This document shows, one piece after another, positions 41,560 through 52,702 of a stretch of 64,000 nt of DNA. Numbering within the stretch: position 1 is the stretch's first letter; each line of letters begins with the position of its first letter. This DNA comes from Dipteris shenzhenensis. Its lineage: Eukaryota. The notes beneath the pieces were generated by a model. It was given only the letters and a program-made list of their open reading frames with translations. It was not told where the DNA came from and did not search any database. The stretch lies in NCBI GenBank assembly GCA_047967505.1, contig CM106538.1. One strand, given 5' to 3'. Position numbers and translations under genes: made by a program.

Positions 41560-43000
41560 ATGGTGAACCAAAACCACGGCCGTTCTTGTGGAAGACACTC
41601 TGTGGATGATAATGCTACCAAGGCAGAATTATACCAAACATCCTTACCCCGTCAACCTGCTTCTTCTATTTCGTTGGTAGAGAATTCAAGTACAGTCAAA
41701 ACGGAAGGAACTTGGGAAAGGTTTAGTGTTTGGAAAGGAGCATGGGTGCTCATGCAACCTAGCAAAAGAAAAAGACCCTAGACAAAAAACATTTTCTTGG
41801 CATCGTGGAAGGGAAGAGTACGAGATTTTAAAATCACCAAAGGGAAGATATCCGTGAAAGAAGTTTTGATTCAGCACGTGTGCATGCATAAAGAACTTGT
41901 CTTGTGAGACTATCCAAAAAATCTTCCGCAACACAGGCCTAATTGTATATTTTTCTATTGTGGTTTTTTTCTTCATGGGGTGTATGGATTTTTAAGATGA
42001 AGCTTTCTCTCTTAGCTTATTGACATTCTTGTGTTGTTTTATTTCAGATTTATATGCTTCATCGTATGAGACATGGCAAAACATCGATTGTATTCTGGGA
42101 TTTATAGATGTTCTGCATGGATCGATAGGAGAACAACAATACCAAGGTCGATGTGCAATAAAGCTAGCTCAATCGGGTATATTTTTTACTGATCATTTTT
42201 ATCAGTTGCTGGACAAAGCTAACACACATGGTGTATTAATAAAACAAGACCTTCCGGCGTGGAATTCAGTGGATTGGCCTCACCCACATTCTAGTGTTAT
42301 AGAGGCATATAGGGCAAAGCTTTTTACAGAAGTACAGAAAGCTCTGAGGCCCAATATTGCCACTAGGATAGTAAAAATTTCTTTGTGCATGCCTCTCACA
42401 GTTTTTGTGGACTTGTTTAATACCTTTCTAGTGAAGGTTTCAAAAACAATGTTCATAGTTAAAGCAACAAATTCGGCATGCATGCCACAATTTTTGGATA
42501 AAGGTTGGGATAAGAAGACATGTAGTTCAGTGTTTTGTGAGGTGGTCCAACCTTCTATGCAACTGAAGTACATGGTTGCATCATAAAATTTTATTTTCTC
42601 TTTTTATTACAAGCGCAGTCGAATGCTAGGCACAAAGCTTGTCCCAATGGATCAAGATGAAGAGTCTTTTGGTGCAGAAAATAAACTTATTGATATTGAT
42701 GTTGTTGAGAATGGTGATGTGCTAGTCAATATCTCATTAAGAGAATGTTGCTCCCTAGCTCAATTGCGCGCAGTGACATTCTGTTTGAGACTGAAGGTTC
42801 TATCTCAAACGACTTTTTATTTATCTACAACAACAGAAAGGTACACCATCTGATTTATCCTAGTCTCATTAAGCATTGCTATTAGTTTAATTTACCACTC
42901 TAATTCATATTGCTTTTTTGCAGTTACTCAAAAGAAGAGAGAGCTCAATAAAATGCAAAGACATCGAAAATTTAAAAATTGAGATAACATAGACTCCATA
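41560..43000 (+). pseudogene. Uncharacterised spliced element gene (orfA), disrupted
   Basis: ORF pieces 41560-41781, 42020-42586 and 42623-42853. Candidate acceptor TTTCAG at about 42048 and intron GTACAC..TTTTGCAG at about 42841-42923. No domain recognised. Confidence 0.45.
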
Positions 43001-43085
43001 AACAAAGGTTTTATATTCAATCAAGTAAGATTTTGTACAGAACTGTTTAGCTAAATCTGTAGAACATATTTTTGACATCCATTTT

Positions 43086-45184
43086 CTATTTATGTACAGC
43101 TTGATCCAGAGGCTGCTCTACATTTTCTGGAGGATCTTCTCTCTGCTGCTCCATCCTGTCCGTGCTCCATCTTGTCTCCTCCACTGCCCCAGGAGCCTCT
43201 CTTTGCTGCTTCTCCACCTTCTCCTCAACATCAGCAGTAGGTCTTTGCTCCTGTGTCGGCTCCTCCTCAGCACTATGTGATTGCTCCTGTGGCTTCTGGT
43301 CCTCAGCATTAGGTGCTTCATTTGTGGGATCAAGGTGTATGACACCTTCTTGTACTTTAGAGCTTTCACCCAGCTCCACAGTAGCTGGTACAATAGGTTT
43401 GGGGGAGGCATAGCTCAAAAACCTCCAAATTGTATGAGCTCTAAAATTATGTACATAGTTGGAGCTGAAGCTATCCTCTTTCATTTGCAATGGCAGAGGA
43501 TAATTTAGAACACTTTGTATCATTATGAATTATCTTCAAGCTAAATGAAAAGTATTTTTCCTTACCAGGTCTGGCTGTTCCTTCTCAAAGTAGCTTGAAA
43601 GTATATATTTTGCATTGATCAGCACCCTCCATGCACAACTACTTGAATCATTTTGTTGTGGTGTCTGTACAGTTAGAAAGATATGTTAGAAACTGTTAGC
43701 ATCAGCACAAAACAAAATTATTCAATAAGTTCAAAGACATAGCATTTAATAGACTTTTTACCTCTAGACTTATTGGCTCTATTGAATCCAAAAGAGAGAC
43801 ATTTGGAGGACAGTGATCCAATGCATCTAAAAGCCTTCTAATACAACTGCAATATGTATAATTTAGTTAGTATGATATCAAAATAATGAAGTTTTAAGTT
43901 CAAAAAGCACACACAGCACTTACAATTTCAGCTCTCTGTGTGTGTTTTTTAGAGAGTTGAATAGAAAGCATTGCTTCTGCTAATCTCAATAGACACAAAA
44001 CTCCAGTGGTCACTGCATAAGGAAAAAAGCATAAGAAAATCAAAGGCTACAAGAGTTCCCAATCTTAAAGAAGAATCTTAAAAGAAGTAGTCACCCACAT
44101 ACCTGCTATGGTATGGAAGTAGCAAAACATCAATTACTTCAAAATTGCAGTGTTTGAACCAGCTGGAAATACTCATGGGAGTCTCCTTTGCATCTCTTAA
44201 TTTAGAAGAAATGGCTGGATCAACAATATGGACTGTATGCTGTACAGAGGGGTGAAGCCAGCTTCTCATCATGCTGCATAGGATCAGAAAATAATTAGGG
44301 TAGGTTATAAAGGAGGTACAAGGAGGATTGATTTGCAAAAAATGTAAAATTTATAGACACTTACTAGAGCATTGCAAGAATGATAGTATCTGAGCAATAC
44401 TCATTCTTATGAGCCAATGCTGCTAAGCATTGTTTTGTCAAGTCAAAATCATTCACTGAAACTTCATCCTCAATATGAACAACTACATCATGGCCCAGCT
44501 CCTTCAACCTTCTATGTATCTATAGCTCCTTCTTTCCAGTCTCCACATCTATAACAGATTTTGTTTCTTTTATTTGCTGCTTCAGTGAGTCCTCATAAGC
44601 AGCCTTCCCTCTGGTGTTCTTTGAGTGCGTTACCTCAACAACCTTTACCTCATCAACCTTCAACTTCCTTGTAGGTGGAATTAGCAATATGTCTCTCATT
44701 TTGATGTCCTGCCATTCCACAGGATGAACAAGCTTGTCATACCTCCATCTCACTCTGGACAAAGTGTTGAAGTCTTTGGCCATCAAAGTCACCCTGTGAG
44801 CATGGGCTGCTACAAGCATTGCATCTTCAAAATATTTCTCCAAGTAATCCTCTGCCATTTCCTGTAAGGAAAGAATGGGAGTTCTATTCCACCTGAACCC
44901 AAGGTTCCAACTGTCACAAATTTCTCTCACCAATCTTTGAAAGGGTGCTTTGGGTATTGCAAAGCCTATAGCTTTCTGTTGCCTCCTGATCTCCCTTATC
45001 ACACCTGCACCCTAATTCAATCTTTTGGCCTTTTGCTTGAGCAAGCTCATTGGCTTACCCTTCCTGCCTGTGCAGCTCTTCCCTTTGGAGGCACACTAAA
45101 TTTCTTGGTACCTGCCCCAGCTATTGTTGCTGCAAGCCCTAGCCCTTTGCCAACTTTCCTTGCAGTTGACTTGGTTCTTGCCAT
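43086..45184 (-). pseudogene. Histone H3-like / Ulp1 (peptidase C48, SUMO protease) fusion gene, about 6 exons, with stops and frameshifts
   Basis: MARTKSTARK at 45184. Histone fold IREIRRQQK..IPKAPFQRLVREI..LQEMAEDYL..FED..AHAHRVTLMAKD at about 44750-45002. The frame continues past TAG (44520-44522) into a C48-like domain: LLLPYHSSDHWSFV (His-Trp 44003-44008), FNSL, PQQNDSSSCAW (Cys 43635-43637). GT-AG introns at 44274-44364, 44013-44102, 43847-43923 and 43665-43761. Confidence 0.85.
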
Positions 45185-45262
45185 CACTCTGAAAAACTGC
45201 ATACAAAGGATTGGAAAGAGATCACAGACATGGAGAACATGTTCTAACAAAGAAAAGGCAAT

Positions 45263-45600
45263 CACAGGGGTGGATGAAGCCATATAGAGAAATTTGCAAT
45301 AAAATGCGATATGAGCAGTTTGGAATTTCAAACAGGTCAACATCGCATTTTGCTGCAAATTTTTGAAATGACATGCTGGTGCACTCCTACAGTGATTTCT
45401 ATGTCTCTCCAACTAAATACAGTATGAATGGAGTTTATGCAAGAAGATTACAGCTATGGAAGTCACAAAACCAGAATGACAGGGGTTGATGAAGCAATAT
45501 TTCAATATTTGCAACAAAACGCGATTTCAGCAGTTTGAAATTCCTAAGGCCTTCTCCTCGCATTTTGCTGCAAATTCATGAGGCAGCATGCTGGAATATG
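45263..45600 (-). repeat. Two diverged repeat units, each with a 19-bp inverted-repeat pair
   Basis: AATTTGCAA(C/T)AAAA(T/C)GCGA-N33-TCGCATTTTGCTGCAAATT at 45291-45361 and 45506-45576. Confidence 0.85.
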
Positions 45601-46050
45601 CCTTCAGTCATTTGAAGGTGTTTGCATAACCCTACAGGATGGATTGAGTCTACGGAAGGCAATAAGTGTGCACAGAGTGAAGGGAGAACCCATAAGTACA
45701 GTTTTACCCTCACATGCAAATATCACACTTGAAGATCTGCATTCCTACAGTGATTTCTCTGTCTTGACTTGAGTCTATGCATTTCCATGCAGGATGGATT
45801 TTTTCTATTTTAGGCAAGAAGATTGCAGAGACTAAGGGGAGAACCCATTGTTACTGACCTGGAATCTATCTGTGGATGTGCTGTGCTGCTGAGGAGTAAC
45901 CTGTGCTGAGGATGAACCTGTGCTGCTGGACAGGATGCTGATGTTGCAGAGTATGGAGGTAGGGAGGCAAGAGAGCAGAGACTGGAGGGCAAGAGGTCTA
46001 AAACAGGATACCACAAATAAGTGCAAATAGAAATAAAGAATCTCTAAATC

Positions 46051-46130
46051 CCACACGTGTGGAATGTAGTCGTTTTTCACACGTGTGGATGGGACCCAGA
46101 TCTCTTGGAGTTTGAAATTTGGCACGTGTG
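46051..46130. promoter_or_regulatory. Cluster of three G-boxes (CACGTG) in a putative bidirectional promoter
   Basis: CACGTG at 46054, 46080 and 46123. Two lie within CACACGTGTG palindromes, between the divergent genes. Confidence 0.5.
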
Positions 46131-46602
46131 AAAGTACACTTTATGCCTTGGAACTTGTGCCATTCATGATTTCATCATCAATACCACAACCACTTTTCCC
46201 TCCCCTGTCTCCCAATCTTCATCCCTGCCATGACCCTCGCATCTTCCATTTCCTTCTCTCTGATCCTTTCCTACCCAGCACACTCCATCCAGACTGCAAC
46301 CTGCCTGAAGACTACAACTACTGCCAGATCTCCAGGTTACCTAGAGTGCAAAGTTCAAGCTAGAGAAAGAGCAGGAGATTTACCAGTGCAACTCCATCAG
46401 CATGGAAAAGGAAAAAAAAGGCCAGAATTCTAGATTGGTTTCAATGTTTTTTAACATTTATTTCTTCCATCCATCGGATTTTTGATGTCCCAATGTCTTC
46501 ACTCAGCTCCATCCTTCTTGTTACATTTTCAATTTATACTGTTCAAGAATGTGGTAAATCACCCAGAAATTAGATTGGAGTTGGATATGAATAAAAACTA
46601 GA

Positions 46603-47292
46603 AATTTGCAACAAAATGCGAGGAGAGTGGTTTATAATTCTCTAAACAACCCATATCGCATTTTGCTGCAAATTCCTGTTGTTGACACATTCCTCATGAA
46701 AAGTTTCACTCATTCCATTATTTCTCTTGCATATGAGAATGATAGTGTCCAGGAATCACTGAGATGAACCAAGTGCTTGATTTGACATGCACATGAACAG
46801 AACTTGAGAATTTGCAACAAAATGCGAGGAGGGTGGTTTATAATTCTCTAAACAGCCCATATCGCATTTTGCTGCAAATTCCTGTTGTTGACACATTCCT
46901 CATGAATAGTTTCACTCATTCCATTATTTCTCTTGCATATGAGATCATAGCATCCAGGAATCACTGAGATGAACCAAGTGCTTGATTTGACATGCACATG
47001 AACAGAACTTGAGAATTTGCAACAAAATGCGAGGAGAGTGGTTTATAATTCTCTAAATAGCCCATATCGCATTTTGCTGCAGATTCCTGTTGTTGACACA
47101 TTCCTCATGAAAAGTTTCACTCATTCCATTATTTCTCTTGCATATGAGATCATAGTGTCCAGGAATCACTTAGATGAACCAAGTGCTTGATTTGACATGC
47201 ACATGAACAGAACTTGAGAATTTGCAACAAAATGCGAGGAGAGTGGTATATAATTCTCTAAACAGCCCATATCACATTTTGCTGCAAATTCC
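46603..47292 (+). repeat. Tandem array of 205-206-bp units (3 full plus 1 partial), each starting with the 19-bp inverted-repeat motif
   Basis: Unit starts at 46603, 46809, 47014 and 47219. Motif AATTTGCAACAAAATGCGA-N34-TCGCATTTTGCTGCAAATT. Confidence 0.95.
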
Positions 47293-47606
47293 TATGTCTG
47301 ATTTGGTTCTCACTTCTACCTCATTAATTTGCTATCTTTAGCCCTGTGGAAATCTTCCTTGATGATGAGAAATGTTTTGTGGCTCCAGGCCCCACCTTTC
47401 AAGAGGAAGCTGGACTTTTCTACTGCTATTATTAGACCACAGCAATCACCAGGTGAGTCATGAGATGTCATGAAGGAATTATCTGGTAATATACAATGCA
47501 TTCACTGATTGCATATGTCAGCGTATAGAATTCATAGTATATAAGTTTTTGAACAGGCAAAAAGAAGAGACTGGAGCAGAGTGCTGATTCTTCCATCAAA
47601 AAACAA

Positions 47607-49245
47607 ATGGAACCAGAAGAGGACAATTCTCCAGATTTGCTCCTATTTGAGTTTCTTCACAAATGCAAGGCTCAGAGTCACTTCCATATATACCACAGTA
47701 TTTTCAACATGGAGTTCACAATGAGCTCTGTACTGGAGCAGCACAAAGATTTTCTTTCAGACTATTGGGATACCTTCAAAAAACTGATAGAGGCAGGAAG
47801 AATTGTGGAAGGAGAAAAGGTTTTTGTGCACATAAATCATATTGTCTCCAATGACAGGCTGAGGTACCATGTAAATAGAAGATTTGACAGCCTGCCTGAT
47901 CACTATAAATTCAACTGTAGTTTGCACACCAGAAAGTGCAGAGTGCTAGAGGAGAGCATGGCATTTCTTATGTACATTGTCTTCAGTCAGGAGTCTTTGG
48001 ATGAACAAGGGCAGGAAATAGAAGAAGAAGACACATCTGAAGCAGAGAAAAAGGAGGATGTTTCTTTGGTCATAGAAATGGCAGAGCAAGAAGAAGATAT
48101 CAACCTTCAGGATGAGGGGCTGCAAGTGGCTGCTCTTGACCTTGTTCAACTAAGGACAAAAACTCTGAGGGGACAGAGCCAGTTGAAGATTTTGATGTTC
48201 AGAGCAGCAATTATGCAGTGCCCATGCTTCCAGGTGTGTTGATTGGTGGAAAGGATTATGTTTTCCTCCATGATATAGAGTGTATGTTCAATTTGAGGGA
48301 GGACTATGCCATTTCCCTTATTGCCCAGGCTTCAAGGCTTGACAAGGAGGTTGGCATAGAGGATGACCATTCACTACTGGCTTTGGAAACAATGTTTGAT
48401 CCTGTAGAGGCCCTTTCATTTTGTTTCAAAGAGGCTGAAAAGTTCCAAGAGCCAGATGAAGCTGCCTTCCAGCTCACACAGGAAGCTATGAATCTCTCAG
48501 CACTATACACAGAAAAGCCTAAAGAAGAGGCTGGACAAGAGGGGAGAGGGATAAATCTTTGGAAAGATGAACTGCTTGTTGTTGATGAAAATGAGAAGGT
48601 ACTTCAAATCAAATACTTTGACTTCTGCTTAACTTTGTTTTTGTAGGTTGTGTATTGTCTCACTCCAATCCTTTGATATGTGGCAACTACAAATTGAGGA
48701 TGACACATTCCTCCAGAGATCAAGTGGAAGCAGGTAGGTTGGGTTTCGCAAAATGTCAGGCCTAGCTCATTATATTCATGATCTAGGCAGTGCCAAGATC
48801 TTGATTTACCATAGGCAGTTGAGCAATAATGGAGAAGCCATTGTTTACTTCCTAAAATGTTTGTCCAGGGTTTTTAGGTGGACATGTTCTTTCATGGCAA
48901 AAGGAAAAGATAATTTTGATAGAGAGGTTATCTGCCATAGATATATTTGGAGATTATGTGAATAAGCACGCCTCTAGGGCCGCTTACTTTTTGTCTTACA
49001 CTTCTTATGCATTAGCATGTGGTGTTAAGGAGCCCAAATATCTGGAGGGCTATGGAAAACACCAGCTCGTAAGGTTTCGAGAGCCACCCATGATTGCATC
49101 AGGCCACACAGTCCAAGAAGAGGAACAGGTGGAGAGAGCTGAAGAAAAGGATAAAGAGACAGTCGACATCAAGCCAATAAAGAAGAAAAAGACTCCAATC
49201 AAGATCAAAAAGAGAATTCCGATCAGCAGGCCCTGGGAGAAATAG
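47607..49245 (+). pseudogene. Uncharacterised element gene (orfC) with an acidic middle and a basic NLS-like C-terminus, frameshifted
   Basis: Overlapping ORFs 47607-48242, 48218-48646, 48753-48965 and 48916-49245. Possible short intron GTACTT..TTGTAG at 48599-48646. C-terminal KPIKKKKTPIKIKKR. Confidence 0.5.
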
Positions 49246-49569
49246 GATTTAGTCATCGAATATAGCACAAACATTATATTAAATTTGAACTGATTTGTAT
49301 AAAGTCTTTGATATCTGGTATGATCTTGTATAAATGATTAATAAGTTGATGATGAAATGATTTGTACATTTACATAGAGTGGTGTCGTTAAATATTAAAT
49401 GAACAATATATTGAAATTGTAAACAAATTGTATTAAGTTTAGATCATATGTTTCAGAAAAGAAATACTTTTCATGCATAACACCAAGAGTCACTTGTTCC
49501 ACTAAAAAAATTTCTATTGAATGAGTTTGAAAACATGTGGACATAACACCAATAAGTTACAAATGAGTC

Positions 49570-51285
49570 CTATTCATGTTTACTTGTCCATTTATGGTTT
49601 CTAAATATCTTCGATTCCCTCCATTGTCTATGTCTCTCTGCTGCAATTGAATTGTCTAGAGCTTGTCTTCGTCTTTGCTTTTCGGCTAGAAGAAAAGCAA
49701 GCTTGATTTTGGAGCTAGCAACTTTTCTTTTAGCATGCAGCCTCTGTAGTATGCCTTGGTAAAACCATTGGAAGACTTCCTTCAGACTATTTGCCTTCTG
49801 ACTCCCTCCATAGTGTTGTGTGTGTCTAAAAAATGCATTACGTGCCATGTAGTGAGACTTCTCCATGCCTTGGGTAGACCAAATAGCTGGGCATCCATAC
49901 TTTTTGACAAAATAGGGAAGGTGGTTGTATATGATATGCTGTAAGACATAAGAATGCATAGTAAGTAATAAAAAAAAAGAGGATCACACTTAAGTAAAAG
50001 AAAAAGACATAACCTTACCATGTAGTGAGTTATATTGCAGTCTGTCCACGTGTCTTTCATTGACTTTCCAAAATGTTTAATTGCCTCCTCAAAGTTCTTG
50101 TAATCACTCTTTGTCCATGTTACTTTGTCACAGAACATGAAGAGTTGATCAAGAGACCTCCACACCTCTGCCTTCCTATTTCGTGCTTCCCCATCTGCCT
50201 CATGATCTTTCACAGCATTATGGACTTGCTTCCACAATCCATAATTAATCTTTGAAACTGTTCTACCTTGCCTTACTTGCTTACTGTGTTTGGGTCGAGA
50301 CAAGAATCTTCTTGCCTAAACACCACCAATAGAGGGCTTGATTGGTACCTCCTTGCCATTGGTAGACTTTTTAAAATACTTTGTGATTTGAACATCTCCT
50401 CCATGCAGACCTATATCGGATAACACTTTTTCCAATGCTTGAAGACAATCCTTTCTATTTTTTTCGGGACGGAGTTTCCAAGTAAATCCAATATATAAAA
50501 ATACAAATTTCTCAATAATTCGACATAGACCATGCAATGTGCAGATGTGAACATTACATAGTGGAATGTCTAGAATGGCCTTGAAGTCAGGGTCAACTTT
50601 ATCTCTATTAGGTGCTCTCTTCCACCATTTTGAATCCATTACTTGAGCTGATTCTTTGCAGTAAAGACAAGGAGACTTTGAGTTGCCTCCTTTACTAATG
50701 TTATACATGCACTTAAGTGTTTTAAGATCCCCGGCCATGTGCCTCTCTACTTGAAAATCACCTTTTCCTGCAACATTGAGATTCTCGCCTTGCACTTGTC
50801 TTTTGATTATTCTTGGTATTTCCGTGTGGTGAAACACCCAATCTAGTGTTTCATGGTCTTCGGTCTTCACCTGCGAGATTATAGAAAACAAAAGTATTAC
50901 TATATTAGATTTGAAAACAATGACCAAAATCAAGTATAAAAGAAAAAATGATCATACCTGGAACGAGCCTAACCACCATATGTGTTTCTCTGACTGGTAG
51001 CAATCGGCAATGATGCAAAATGTCCAGCCAAAGGAAAAGGTACGATTGCTCTCAAGTCAAATATATTGTTCCAAGGATCATACACAGTGGTTCCTTTAAC
51101 ACCATGAAATATTTCTTCAATATGGATATATTGCCCAATAAATTCATCTATACTTTCATTCAAATGACCTCTTATCCTCCACACAGTTGCTGGATTTGGC
51201 AGTAAAACTCGTTTAATCCTTTGATCTTTTAAAGTTGAGGATATCGCATGGAAAATCGAACTATATCCCTTCCTGCTAACTCGCA
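49570..51285 (-). pseudogene. RAG1/Transib/Chapaev-like DDE transposase, catalytic core and C-terminus
   Basis: LPIAT..VKTEDHETL; HMAGDLKTLK (Asp 50727-50729); SKSPCLYC; HICTLHGLCRI; IGGV*ARRFL; spliced ITHYM|HIIYNHLPYFVKKYGCPAIWSTQGMEKSH (Glu 49861-49863). Introns at 50871-50957 and 49939-50018. Confidence 0.8.
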
Positions 51286-52702
51286 CTCCCATGTGCCATA
51301 AGATCCTCCTCAGCCACACTGCTTCACAAGCAGCAAAACATGTTGCCTTGTACTCAGCCTCGGTAGAAGACAATGCCACTGTTGGTTGTTTCTTACTGAT
51401 CCAAGAGAAGATACCTGAACCTAAAGAGAGACAATATCCAGAAACTGATTTCCTGGAATCAACATCTCGAGCCCAATCTGAGTCACAATGACCAGCCAAG
51501 GAAGTGCCCGTGCCATAAGTGATACCATAATTAAGAGTGCCCTTCACATACCTGAGCACCAGCATCCCTGCATCCCAATGATTCTCTCGAGGCTTATTGG
51601 AGAACTTGCTCAAAACGCCAATAGCAAAACTGATGTCCAGTATAGTGTTGCATAGATAGATAAGACTGCCAACCAACTTCCTATACCTCCCGATGTCTGC
51701 TAGAGGTGAGCCATCCTCCATAGACAGCCTCGCATTTACCTCCATAGGTGTAGCTATCTCCTTGCACTCTGACATACCAAATGCCTTCAAGATCTCCCTT
51801 GCATATTTCTACTGAGAGATGAAGATCTTGCCTGGCTCTTGCCAGACTTCAATCCCCAAACAGTAGTGCATCAATCCTAAGTCTATCATCTCAAACTCCA
51901 TGCTCAATGCCTTTCTAGTCTGCTGGATCATGTCTTCATAGTCACCTGTAATAAGGAGATCATCCACATATAGAACAATAATAGCAGATTTTCCACCTTT
52001 AGGCTTGGTATCTTTCTAGATCTGGTAATCCTCTTAGGGGAAAGAATTGAGAAACATCATACCCAACACTTGTATCTCAAGGATACTCTAAGTGGAGGTA
52101 GAATAGTCCTATGCTACATTCATTAAGGTCAATGAGGCGATCATAGAGTTGCGAGGGGAATAACAAACGGGCCAAAATTGGGCACGGATCTAGAATGGGA
52201 GGGAGTTGAGATCTAAGCCAAGTTTGATAGAGTGGTTCAAGCAGCACAAACCATGACACACAAAATTCCAAGAAGGCAACAACATCTCTACAATAAAAAG
52301 GGTCGACCCCTTAGACTCTTTACGTTTTTCCATCAGGTTTGCATAAGGTGGGGTATATATTTAGGATACGACTCAACAACCTTTACAAGAAGTCCATTCA
52401 AGTCTAAGATCACAGCACTTCATTCTTGATGGAGAGGCATCAGTATCGCTCTTGTGGGGGTGGAGGTAGGCACAAGAGCTGATCCATTAAAGGGACGACT
52501 ACTGCTCTGAATGGCTTTCCTCCAATGTTTCTTCCTATACACATACAAGTTAGCATCTGAGGCACATATTTTGAAGTTTAATTTATGAAAGAACTTATCT
52601 ATCTGTTGGTACCATGCTCTTGGGGCCAGCCTATACAAAGCCTTCTTCAGTTTACATACCTTGTTCTCAGAATGGGGGGCCTCCAACCTAGGTGGTTGAG
52701 CC
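51286..52702 (-). mobile_element. LTR-less copia RT-RNase H segment inside the transposase, itself interrupted at about 52001-52527
   Basis: QPP..NKVCKLKKALY..PRAW (52530-52702), then IVLYVDDLL and YRKLVGSLIYL..DSDWA..SSTEAEY (51286-52000). Confidence 0.9.

Noticed and set aside
44520-45184. Functional host histone H3 or CENH3 gene
   Set aside because: It has an internal stop and frameshift, a long C-terminal extension into a protease domain, and a transposon context.
46603-47292. CRISPR-like array
   Set aside because: The whole 205-bp units are near-identical with no unique spacers, the context is eukaryotic, and no cas genes are present.
50969-51790. A real 273-aa RNase H fusion protein
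   Set aside because: The ORF is an accidental in-frame junction between a copia fragment and the transposase.
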